A DNA stretch of 64,000 bases from Escherichia coli (GTDB lineage: Bacteria > Pseudomonadota > Gammaproteobacteria > Enterobacterales > Enterobacteriaceae): NCBI RefSeq assembly GCF_024502345.1, contig NZ_JALDNN010000001.1; one strand, 5' to 3'. Below are positions 53,711-64,000 of this stretch, one piece after another; positions within the stretch are counted from its first letter, which is position 1; the number at the start of each line of letters is the position of its first letter. The notes beneath the pieces are model-generated. The model was not told the DNA's origin and did no database searches. It saw only the letters and a program-made list of their open reading frames with translations. Both the position numbers and the translations under genes were made by a program.

Positions 53711-55213
53711 ATGAGCGAACCCCTGTTAATTGCCCGCACGCCGGACACAGAACTGTTTTTAATGCCGGGAATGGCTAACCGTCACGGGCTGATTACTGGC
53801 GCAACGGGGACGGGTAAAACCGTTACGCTGCAAAAACTGGCAGAGTCATTGTCGGAAATCGGCGTGCCGGTGTTTATGGCTGATGTGAAAGGCGATCTGA
53901 CCGGCATCGCGCAGGCAGGAACGGCATCGGAAAAACTGCTCGCAAGGCTTAAAAATATCGGCGTAAATGACTGGCAACCGCATGCCAATCCGGTGGTGAT
54001 GTGGGATATCTTTGGCGAGAAAGGCCATCCGGTGCGGGCGACGGTTTCAGACCTGGGGCCGCTGTTGCTGGCGCGTTTGTTGAATCTCAACGATGTGCAA
54101 TCTGGCGTCCTGAATATCATCTTCCGCATTGCTGACGATCAGGGGCTGTTACTGCTCGACTTTAAAGATTTGCGGGCGATTACCCAGTACATCGGCGATA
54201 ACGCCAAATCTTTCCAGAATCAGTACGGTAATATCAGTAGCGCATCGGTTGGTGCCATCCAGCGCGGATTACTGTCGCTGGAGCAACAAGGTGCGGCGCA
54301 TTTCTTTGGCGAGCCGATGCTGGATATCAAAGACTGGATGCGCACCGATGCCAACGGTAAAGGCGTTATCAATATCCTCAGCGCCGAGAAACTTTATCAG
54401 ATGCCGAAACTGTACGCCGCCAGCCTGCTGTGGATGCTTTCAGAGTTGTATGAACAATTGCCGGAAGCGGGCGATCTGGAGAAACCAAAACTGGTGTTTT
54501 TCTTCGACGAGGCACATCTGCTGTTTAACGATGCCCCGCAGGTACTGCTGGATAAGATTGAGCAGGTGATAAGGCTTATTCGCTCAAAAGGCGTGGGCGT
54601 CTGGTTCGTTTCGCAAAACCCGTCTGATATTCCAGATAATGTGCTCGGCCAGCTCGGTAATCGCGTTCAACACGCTTTGCGGGCTTTTACGCCAAAAGAT
54701 CAGAAAGCAGTGAAGGCAGCGGCGCAAACCATGCGGGCCAATCCGGCATTTGATACGGAAAAGGCAATCCAGGAACTGGGGACCGGCGAGGCGTTAATCT
54801 CGTTTCTCGATGCAAAAGGAAGTCCTTCTGTGGTGGAACGGGCGATGGTGATTGCGCCTTGTTCGCGGATGGGGCCGGTGACGGAAGATGAGCGTAATGG
54901 CTTGATTAATCACTCTCCGGTGTATGGCAAGTACGAGGATGACGTGGACCGGGAATCCGCCTATGAGATGTTGCAAAAAGGCGTACAGGCAAGCACCGAG
55001 CAGCAAAATAATCCTGCCGTGAAAAGGAAAGAGGTAGCGGTAGATGACGGCATTCTTGGTGGATTGAAGGATATTTTGTTTGGCACTACCGGACCACGCG
55101 GCGGGAAGAAAGATGGTGTTGTGCAAACAATGGCGAAAAGCGCCGCCCGCCAGGTGACGAATCAGATTGTGCGTGGAATGTTGGGGAGTTTGCTGGGGGG
55201 GAGAAAAAGGTAA
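53711..55213 (+). CDS. yjgR: DUF853-family P-loop NTPase YjgR
   Basis: Track ORF 53663..55213; likely start at [11 protein letters not shown]; Walker A ([10 protein letters not shown]). Confidence 0.85.
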   Translation: MSEPLLIARTPDTELFLMPGMANRHGLITGATGTGKTVTLQKLAESLSEIGVPVFMADVKGDLTGIAQAGTASEKLLARLKNIGVNDWQPHANPVVMWDIFGEKGHPVRATVSDLGPLLLARLLNLNDVQSGVLNIIFRIADDQGLLLLDFKDLRAITQYIGDNAKSFQNQYGNISSASVGAIQRGLLSLEQQGAAHFFGEPMLDIKDWMRTDANGKGVINILSAEKLYQMPKLYAASLLWMLSELYEQLPEAGDLEKPKLVFFFDEAHLLFNDAPQVLLDKIEQVIRLIRSKGVGVWFVSQNPSDIPDNVLGQLGNRVQHALRAFTPKDQKAVKAAAQTMRANPAFDTEKAIQELGTGEALISFLDAKGSPSVVERAMVIAPCSRMGPVTEDERNGLINHSPVYGKYEDDVDRESAYEMLQKGVQASTEQQNNPAVKRKEVAVDDGILGGLKDILFGTTGPRGGKKDGVVQTMAKSAARQVTNQIVRGMLGSLLGGRKR

Positions 55214-55373
55214 GCCAGGTGCGATTTGTCTTTGCCTGATGCGACGCTGGCGCGTCTTATCATGCCTACACCACTGCAATACATTGGATTTTCATGATTT
55301 TTCAGGCATGAATGAAGCACACTTTGCTAATAATAATAAAGGGAGCTTTCGCTCCCTTTATTCGTTCATTCGG

Positions 55374-56459
55374 TTACGATTTTCTCATTAACAGCCACAG
55401 GCTGATTAAGAAGAAGCTGGCGCTTGGCAACAGTGCGCCAATGATCGGCGGGATGCCGTAAACCAACGTCAGCGGACCGAAGATCTGGTCCAGTACGTAG
55501 AAGACAAAACCGAAGCTGATACCGGTGACCACACGCACGCCCATCGGTACGCTACGCAGTGGGCCAAAGATGAACGACAGCGCCATCAGCATCATCACCG
55601 CCACGGATAGCGGCTGGAAGATTTTGCTCCACATGTTGAGCTGATAACGTCCGGCATCCTGACCGCTCGACTTCAGATACTTCACGTAGTTGTGCAAACC
55701 GCTGATTGAGAGTGCATCCGGGTCCAGCGCCACCACGCCCAGTTTGTCTGGCGTGAGGTTGGTTTTCCAGGTGCCGCTCACCGTCTGCGAACCGGTAATC
55801 TGTTTCGGATTGGTCAGATCAGATTCATCAACCTGCGACAGACGCCAGACTTTATGTTCCGGGTCAAACTTCGCAGTAGCGGCATAGCGTACGGATTGCA
55901 GACGACGATTTTCGTTAAAGGCATAAATGCTGATGCCACCTAACTCTTCGTCACCTTTAACCCGCTCAATGTAAACGAAGTTGTTGCCATCTTTCGCCCA
56001 TAAGCCTTGCTGGGTAGAGAGCAACGAGCCGCCGTACATCGCCTGCGCACGGTAGTTACGCGCCATCTGCTCGCCCTGCGGCGCGACCCATTCACCAATC
56101 GCCATCGTCAGCAAGACCAGCGGAATGGCGGTTTTCATCACCGACAGCGCAACCTGCATACGGGTGAAACCAGAAGCCTGCATCACCACCAGTTCGCTGC
56201 GCTGCGCCAGCATCCCAAGACCAAGCAACGCCCCAAGCAGAGCCGCCATCGGGAAGAATATTTGCACATCTTTCGGCACGCTCAGCAAGGTATACATTCC
56301 TGCGCCTAACGCGTCGTAACTCCCCTGCCCGGCTTTTTTCAGCTGATCGACAAATTTGATAATGCCCGACAGCGACACCAGCATGAACAGCGTCATCATG
56401 ATGGTGGTGAAAATAGTTTTACCGATATAGCGGTCAAGTACGCCAAAAGGTTGCATCAC
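55374..56459 (-). CDS. lptG: LPS export ABC transporter permease LptG
   Basis: 361-aa membrane protein directly downstream of lptF with 4-nt overlap. Confidence 0.9.
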   Translation of the reverse strand: MMQPFGVLDRYIGKTIFTTIMMTLFMLVSLSGIIKFVDQLKKAGQGSYDALGAGMYTLLSVPKDVQIFFPMAALLGALLGLGMLAQRSELVVMQASGFTRMQVALSVMKTAIPLVLLTMAIGEWVAPQGEQMARNYRAQAMYGGSLLSTQQGLWAKDGNNFVYIERVKGDEELGGISIYAFNENRRLQSVRYAATAKFDPEHKVWRLSQVDESDLTNPKQITGSQTVSGTWKTNLTPDKLGVVALDPDALSISGLHNYVKYLKSSGQDAGRYQLNMWSKIFQPLSVAVMMLMALSFIFGPLRSVPMGVRVVTGISFGFVFYVLDQIFGPLTLVYGIPPIIGALLPSASFFLISLWLLMRKS

Positions 56460-57556
56460 ACCGCTCCTTTACGCGAAAAACTGGCGCGCAGGCGGCGGAC
56501 CGGCACGGTGTCCCAAAGGTTGAGAACAATCGCCAAAGCCAGATAAATCAGGTTAACGGTCCACATCCACAGCGTCGGGTCCAGCTTACCTTTACCGCCG
56601 TTCGATTTCAGGGAGGTCTGGATCAGGAAGAACAACAGATACAGCAGCATGGCTGGCAGCATCGATAGTACGCGCCCCTGACGCGGGTTAACCACGCTCA
56701 GCGGTACGACCATAAGTGCCATCATAAACACGGTGAACACCAACGTGATACGCCAGTTCAGTTCTGCGCGAGCACGATCGGTGTCAGTGTTCCACAATGT
56801 GCGCATGTCCATCTGGTCGGTATCGTTCGGGTCGAGCGCCACCGCCTGGTGACCAATGATCGCCTGATAATCCTGGAAATCCGTAATGCGGAAATCACGT
56901 AACAGTGCAGTGCCTTCGAAGCGCGTTCCCTGGTTGAGAGTGACGACCTGGGAGCCGTCGCGCAGCTGGGTTAAATGTCCGGAATCGGCCACCACCACAG
57001 AAGGAAGTGCATTACCTTTTGGTCGAATTTGCGCGAGGAACACATCTTTGAAATCGCTGCCGTCAACGCTTTCGATGAACAGCACCGAACTGCCATTAGT
57101 CGCTTGCTGGAATTGCCCTTGCGCCAGCGCCGCCATGCCAGGGTTCGCTTTCGCTTCTGCTAACACTTCATCCTGATGACGCGATGACCACGGTCCCGCC
57201 CACATCACGTTAACCGCCGCGACGATTGCCGTGAATACCGCAAGGATCATTGCCGCTTTCACCAGAACCGCTTTGCTCAGGCCGCAGGCATGCATTACCG
57301 TAATTTCACTTTCGGTATACAGTTTGCCCAGCGTCATCAGCAGCCCGAGGAACAGGCTTAATGGCAGGATAAGCTGCGCCATTTCCGGCACGCCCAACCC
57401 GAGAAGGGAGAGCACCAGATTCGCCGGAATATCGCCGTCAACCGCTGCGCCGAGGATCCTCACTAACTTTTGACAGAAGAAGATCAAAAGCAAGATGAAG
57501 AGTATCGCCAGCTGGCTTTTGAGCGTCTCCCGCACCAGATATCTTATGATTATCAC
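56456..57556 (-). CDS. lptF: LPS export ABC transporter permease LptF
   Basis: 366-aa membrane protein divergent from pepA. Confidence 0.9.
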   Translation of the reverse strand: MIIIRYLVRETLKSQLAILFILLLIFFCQKLVRILGAAVDGDIPANLVLSLLGLGVPEMAQLILPLSLFLGLLMTLGKLYTESEITVMHACGLSKAVLVKAAMILAVFTAIVAAVNVMWAGPWSSRHQDEVLAEAKANPGMAALAQGQFQQATNGSSVLFIESVDGSDFKDVFLAQIRPKGNALPSVVVADSGHLTQLRDGSQVVTLNQGTRFEGTALLRDFRITDFQDYQAIIGHQAVALDPNDTDQMDMRTLWNTDTDRARAELNWRITLVFTVFMMALMVVPLSVVNPRQGRVLSMLPAMLLYLLFFLIQTSLKSNGGKGKLDPTLWMWTVNLIYLALAIVLNLWDTVPVRRLRASFSRKGAV

Positions 57557-57819
57557 TTTAAATACGCCCGTAAAAACTCGTCTTTTGCAGGATTTTAGCT
57601 TGTTTCATGGCTTAAACGTCATTTATTCTCTTGAGTCGTCGAAATCGTCGCTAAGATAATTATACTCAACGGATTCACCTCTCAGATTTTGTTCTGACGT
57701 GCCAATGCCGTAATAACGTTAAGATTAACACGAAGTCATCGCAACAGCGGACATGAGTTACGAAAGCTTGCAATTCTATCTGTAGCCACCGCCGTTGTCT
57801 TTAAGATTCAGGAGCGTAG

Positions 57820-59334
<1,515 letters not shown>

Positions 59335-59337
59335 TTG

Positions 59338-59650
<313 letters not shown>

Positions 59651-59687
59651 TGATGCGTATTTAAATCCACCACAAGAAGCCCCATAT

Positions 59688-60131
59688 ATGAAAAACGCAA
59701 CGTTCTACCTTCTGGACAATGACACCACCGTCGATGGCTTAAGCGCCGTTGAGCAGCTGGTGTGTGAAATTGCCGCAGAACGTTGGCGCAGCGGTAAGCG
59801 CGTGCTCATCGCCTGTGAAGATGAAAAGCAGGCTTACCGGCTGGATGAAGCCCTGTGGGCGCGTCCGGCAGAAAGCTTTGTTCCGCATAATTTAGCGGGA
59901 GAAGGACCGCGCGGCGGTGCGCCGGTGGAGATCGCCTGGCCGCAAAAACGCAGCAGCAGCCCGCGCGATATATTGATTAGTCTGCGAACAAGCTTTGCAG
60001 ATTTTGCCACCGCTTTCACAGAAGTGGTAGACTTCGTTCCTTATGAAGATTCTCTGAAACAACTGGCGCGCGAACGCTATAAAGCCTACCGCGTGGCTGG
60101 TTTCAACCTGAATACGGCAACCTGGAAATAA
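59688..60131 (+). CDS. holC: DNA polymerase III chi subunit
   Basis: 147 aa; start of valS overlaps its stop; conserved pepA-holC-valS synteny. Confidence 0.9.
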   Translation: MKNATFYLLDNDTTVDGLSAVEQLVCEIAAERWRSGKRVLIACEDEKQAYRLDEALWARPAESFVPHNLAGEGPRGGAPVEIAWPQKRSSSPRDILISLRTSFADFATAFTEVVDFVPYEDSLKQLARERYKAYRVAGFNLNTATWK

Positions 60132-62986
60132 TGGAAAAGACATATAACCCACAAGATATCGAACAGCCGCTTTACGAGCACTGGGAAAAGCAGGGCTACT
60201 TTAAGCCTAATGGCGATGAAAGCCAGGAGAGTTTCTGCATCATGATCCCGCCGCCGAACGTCACCGGCAGTTTGCATATGGGTCACGCCTTCCAGCAAAC
60301 CATCATGGATACCATGATCCGCTATCAGCGCATGCAGGGCAAAAACACCCTGTGGCAGGTCGGTACTGACCACGCCGGGATCGCTACCCAGATGGTCGTT
60401 GAGCGCAAGATTGCTGCAGAAGAAGGTAAAACCCGTCACGACTACGGCCGCGAAGCTTTCATCGACAAAATTTGGGAATGGAAAGCGGAATCCGGCGGCA
60501 CGATTACCCGTCAGATGCGCCGTCTCGGCAACTCCGTCGACTGGGAGCGTGAACGCTTCACCATGGACGAAGGCCTGTCCAATGCGGTGAAAGAAGTTTT
60601 CGTTCGTCTGTATAAAGAAGACCTGATTTACCGTGGCAAACGCCTGGTAAACTGGGATCCGAAACTGCGCACCGCTATCTCTGACCTGGAAGTCGAAAAC
60701 CGCGAATCGAAAGGTTCGATGTGGCACATCCGCTATCCGCTGGCTGACGGTGCGAAAACCGCAGACGGTAAAGATTATCTGGTGGTCGCGACTACCCGTC
60801 CGGAAACCCTGCTGGGCGATACTGGCGTAGCCGTTAACCCGGAAGATCCGCGTTACAAAGATCTGATTGGCAAATATGTCATTCTGCCGCTGGTTAACCG
60901 TCGTATTCCGATCGTTGGCGACGAACACGCCGACATGGAAAAAGGCACCGGCTGCGTGAAAATCACTCCGGCGCACGACTTTAACGACTATGAAGTGGGT
61001 AAACGTCACGCGCTGCCGATGATCAACATCCTGACCTTTGACGGCGATATCCGTGAAAGTGCCCAGGTGTTCGATACCAAAGGTAACGAATCTGACGTTT
61101 ATTCCAGCGAGATCCCCGCAGAATTCCAGAAACTGGAGCGTTTTGCTGCACGTAAAGCGGTCGTTGCTGCGGTTGACGCACTCGGCCTGCTGGAAGAAAT
61201 TAAACCACATGACCTGACCGTTCCTTATGGCGACCGTGGTGGCGTGGTCATCGAACCGATGCTGACCGACCAGTGGTACGTGCGTGCCGATGTCCTGGCG
61301 AAACCGGCAGTTGAAGCGGTTGAGAACGGCGACATTCAGTTCGTACCGAAGCAGTACGAAAACATGTACTTCTCCTGGATGCGCGATATTCAGGACTGGT
61401 GTATCTCTCGTCAGTTGTGGTGGGGTCACCGTATCCCGGCATGGTATGACGAAGCGGGTAACGTTTATGTTGGCCGCAACGAAGACGAAGTGCGTAAAGA
61501 AAATAACCTCGGTGCTGATGTTGTCCTGCGTCAGGACGAAGACGTTCTCGACACCTGGTTCTCTTCTGCGCTGTGGACCTTCTCTACCCTTGGCTGGCCG
61601 GAAAATACCGACGCCCTGCGTCAGTTCCACCCAACCAGCGTGATGGTATCTGGTTTCGACATCATCTTCTTCTGGATTGCCCGCATGATCATGATGACCA
61701 TGCACTTCATCAAAGATGAAAATGGCAAACCGCAGGTGCCGTTCCACACTGTTTACATGACCGGCCTGATTCGTGACGACGAAGGCCAGAAGATGTCCAA
61801 ATCCAAGGGTAACGTTATTGACCCACTGGATATGGTTGACGGTATTTCGCTGCCAGAACTGCTGGAAAAACGCACCGGCAATATGATGCAGCCACAGCTG
61901 GCGGACAAAATCCGTAAGCGCACCGAGAAGCAGTTCCCGAACGGTATTGAACCGCACGGTACTGACGCGCTGCGCTTCACCCTGGCGGCGCTGGCTTCTA
62001 CCGGTCGCGATATCAACTGGGATATGAAACGCCTGGAAGGTTACCGTAACTTCTGTAACAAGCTGTGGAACGCCAGCCGCTTTGTGCTGATGAACACGGA
62101 AGGTCAGGATTGCGGCTTCAACGGCGGCGAGATGACGCTGTCGCTGGCGGATCGCTGGATTCTGGCGGAGTTCAACCAGACCATCAAAGCGTACCGCGAA
62201 GCGCTGGACAGCTTCCGCTTCGATATCGCCGCAGGCATTCTGTATGAGTTCACCTGGAACCAGTTCTGTGACTGGTATCTGGAGCTGACTAAGCCGGTAA
62301 TGAACGGTGGCACCGAAGCCGAACTGCGCGGTACTCGCCATACGCTGGTGACCGTGCTGGAAGGTCTGCTGCGCCTCGCGCATCCGATCATTCCGTTCAT
62401 CACCGAAACCATCTGGCAGCGTGTGAAAGTACTTTGCGGTATCACTGCCGACACCATCATGCTGCAGCCGTTCCCGCAGTACGATGCATCTCAGGTTGAT
62501 GAAGCCGCACTGGCCGACACAGAGTGGTTGAAGCAGGCGATCGTTGCGGTACGTAACATCCGTGCAGAAATGAACATCGCGCCGGGCAAACCGCTGGAGC
62601 TGCTGCTGCGTGGTTGCAGCGCGGATGCAGAACGTCGCGTAAATGAAAACCGTGGCTTCCTGCAAACCCTGGCGCGTCTGGAAAGCATCACCGTGCTGCC
62701 TGCCGATGACAAAGGTCCGGTTTCCGTTACGAAGATCATCGACGGTGCAGAGCTGCTGATCCCGATGGCTGGCCTCATCAACAAAGAAGATGAGCTGGCG
62801 CGTCTGGCGAAAGAAGTGGCGAAGATTGAAGGTGAAATCAGCCGTATCGAGAACAAGCTGGCGAATGAAGGCTTTGTCGCCCGCGCACCGGAAGCGGTCA
62901 TCGCGAAAGAGCGTGAGAAGCTGGAAGGCTATGCAGAAGCGAAAGCGAAGCTGATTGAACAGCAGGCTGTTATCGCCGCGCTGTAA
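60131..62986 (+). CDS. valS: Valine--tRNA ligase
   Basis: 951 aa; class I aaRS HIGH ([12 protein letters not shown]) and KMSKS (QKMSKSKGN) motifs. Confidence 0.95.
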   Translation: MEKTYNPQDIEQPLYEHWEKQGYFKPNGDESQESFCIMIPPPNVTGSLHMGHAFQQTIMDTMIRYQRMQGKNTLWQVGTDHAGIATQMVVERKIAAEEGKTRHDYGREAFIDKIWEWKAESGGTITRQMRRLGNSVDWERERFTMDEGLSNAVKEVFVRLYKEDLIYRGKRLVNWDPKLRTAISDLEVENRESKGSMWHIRYPLADGAKTADGKDYLVVATTRPETLLGDTGVAVNPEDPRYKDLIGKYVILPLVNRRIPIVGDEHADMEKGTGCVKITPAHDFNDYEVGKRHALPMINILTFDGDIRESAQVFDTKGNESDVYSSEIPAEFQKLERFAARKAVVAAVDALGLLEEIKPHDLTVPYGDRGGVVIEPMLTDQWYVRADVLAKPAVEAVENGDIQFVPKQYENMYFSWMRDIQDWCISRQLWWGHRIPAWYDEAGNVYVGRNEDEVRKENNLGADVVLRQDEDVLDTWFSSALWTFSTLGWPENTDALRQFHPTSVMVSGFDIIFFWIARMIMMTMHFIKDENGKPQVPFHTVYMTGLIRDDEGQKMSKSKGNVIDPLDMVDGISLPELLEKRTGNMMQPQLADKIRKRTEKQFPNGIEPHGTDALRFTLAALASTGRDINWDMKRLEGYRNFCNKLWNASRFVLMNTEGQDCGFNGGEMTLSLADRWILAEFNQTIKAYREALDSFRFDIAAGILYEFTWNQFCDWYLELTKPVMNGGTEAELRGTRHTLVTVLEGLLRLAHPIIPFITETIWQRVKVLCGITADTIMLQPFPQYDASQVDEAALADTEWLKQAIVAVRNIRAEMNIAPGKPLELLLRGCSADAERRVNENRGFLQTLARLESITVLPADDKGPVSVTKIIDGAELLIPMAGLINKEDELARLAKEVAKIEGEISRIENKLANEGFVARAPEAVIAKEREKLEGYAEAKAKLIEQQAVIAAL

Positions 62987-63010
62987 TCAAAACACAGTGA
63001 TGAAAACGAA

Positions 63011-63037
63011 GGCCGGAGCATGCTCCGGCCTTTTTTA
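63011..63037. terminator. Rho-independent terminator after valS (between convergent valS and yjgN)
   Basis: ggccggagcatgctccggcc perfect hairpin followed by TTTTTTAT. Confidence 0.7.
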
Positions 63038-63041
63038 TCTC

Positions 63042-64000
63042 TTACAGAAATGGTAAAGAAGGCATAATTCCCCGTGAAATACTGGCTAAGAAGCCTTTAT
63101 CTGGTTGTTCTTCTTTATTGATTAAAGGAAGGTCATCCAAATCGCCCAGCAAATATGTATTTTTTGCCTGCCAGTCAATCATCCATATTTTCAGCAGTGG
63201 ATAAGCCAGACCGCCCGTAATCCCGGATATCACCACCAACGCACACATGCGATAAAGCATACCGTGGTATGTTAAAGTTGAGCGAAAACGAATACGCCCA
63301 TCATTCAGTGACAGGTTGCTCATAAAATGATTTCGCAACGACACCGTTAAATAACTGGTGCTAACAGCAATCCCAAAATAATAGATTAACTGCGCGATTA
63401 TCATTTTACGTTGCATTTCCATAAATTGCTGTAAATTCTCAATATCATCATTTGCATACACAGAACTATCATACGCATTTAATATTTGATCGAAGATAAT
63501 ATAACCAGCAACAGCGAGAAAAGGTAATAAAGCTAAAAATGCGAGAATGGCATATTTTATACAATACGTAGTATCTAATTTCACCTTGAAACGATGTATA
63601 CCGAAACTGGTATTGCTCCAGAGAAAACTCATTACCAGACTATATAAAGTACCATTAAAAATACCAATGGAAACAATACCAACTATTGCCATCAGAACCA
63701 CAGATATAATAACACTACTTGAACTATTGGCATGTAGCATCTTTGTCGAGATAAAGAAAACAGCCCCCATCCCAATGGCCATTAAAATCGGCAAGAAAAA
63801 GGTTACCCACCAGAACCCTTTCAAAGAGCAATTAAAACTAAATCTTACGCCGTTGAGACTGGTCATCAAGGCCTGATAACGCAGTCCTTTTGCTGCCATA
63901 AATATAAGCAAAACCAACAGTGACAAAGTCAAAACACAGCCAACAAGCGGCATATCTGCTGACACTGTCATTAAGATTGCGAAATAGAAAAAAACAAAAA
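63042..64000 (-). CDS. yjgN: DUF898-family inner membrane protein YjgN (5' end beyond the window)
   Basis: Open frame to the window edge; hydrophobic multi-TM sequence; convergent with valS as I recall for K-12. Confidence 0.65.
   Translation of the reverse strand, partial: FVFFYFAILMTVSADMPLVGCVLTLSLLVLLIFMAAKGLRYQALMTSLNGVRFSFNCSLKGFWWVTFFLPILMAIGMGAVFFISTKMLHANSSSSVIISVVLMAIVGIVSIGIFNGTLYSLVMSFLWSNTSFGIHRFKVKLDTTYCIKYAILAFLALLPFLAVAGYIIFDQILNAYDSSVYANDDIENLQQFMEMQRKMIIAQLIYYFGIAVSTSYLTVSLRNHFMSNLSLNDGRIRFRSTLTYHGMLYRMCALVVISGITGGLAYPLLKIWMIDWQAKNTYLLGDLDDLPLINKEEQPDKGFLASISRGIMPSLPFL

Noticed and set aside
53782-54129. Short antisense ORFs within yjgR, ahr and lptFG
   Set aside because: All embedded in conserved genes on the opposite strand; no independent support.
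60086-62665. 859-aa minus-strand ORF antisense to valS
   Set aside because: Entirely embedded antisense in valS, which has clear HIGH/KMSKS motifs; composition typical of a spurious antisense frame.

Overview
This window reads as an Escherichia coli chromosomal segment (not K-12: it carries hpaBC) covering the hpa / btsT(yjiY) / hsd 'immigration control' / yji / uxu / leuX / lptFG / pepA / valS region, in inverted orientation relative to the K-12 map as I remember it. All calls rest on reading the supplied six-frame translations and the DNA by eye; no database search or computation was run, and K-12 gene order and protein lengths are quoted from memory.

The core backbone is conventional: hpaB', hpaC, btsT, yjiX, yjiA, yjiS, yjiR, rpnD, mdtM, yjiN, yjiM, yjiL, yjiK, yjiJ, kptA, yjiH, yjiG, iadA, hypT, iraD, uxuRBA, tRNA-Leu (leuX), ahr, yjgR, lptG, lptF, pepA, holC, valS and yjgN'.

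Two accessory regions stand out:

1. **Defence island between yjiA and yjiS (about 5.1-16.5 kb).** Where K-12 has mrr / hsdRMS / symE / mcrBC, this strain has a minus-strand block of four genes followed by a Type I restriction-modification operon:
   - a single-chain GmrSD-like Type IV restriction enzyme (DUF262 + DUF1524 motifs);
   - a small overlapping ORF;
   - a Fic/Doc-fold-like protein in which the catalytic His of the motif is replaced by Gln (QFFFDGNKRTSR);
   - a BrnA-like ribbon-helix-helix protein with no BrnT partner;
   - a translationally coupled hsdM-hsdS-hsdR operon with an unusually long HsdM and a visibly AT-rich, repeat-flanked HsdS;
   - a very AT-rich orphan membrane protein immediately downstream of hsdR.

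   The Fic/Doc-like gene with its two small flanking genes, and the membrane protein, are my best candidates for an undescribed module.

2. **IS-scarred region between iraD and leuX (about 32-52 kb).** Two inverted IS903-like copies bracket about 15 kb containing uxuRBA, IS1, IS3, an IS-inactivated two-gene module (a PD-(D/E)xK-like protein plus a partner split by IS3 and truncated by IS1), a second hsdM pseudogene, a transposase fragment and a large autotransporter with a 9-bp tandem repeat tract. Next to leuX is a decayed integrase island with one uncharacterised cargo gene. The fim-side genes present in K-12 between uxuA and leuX are absent.

No CRISPR array or rRNA was seen.
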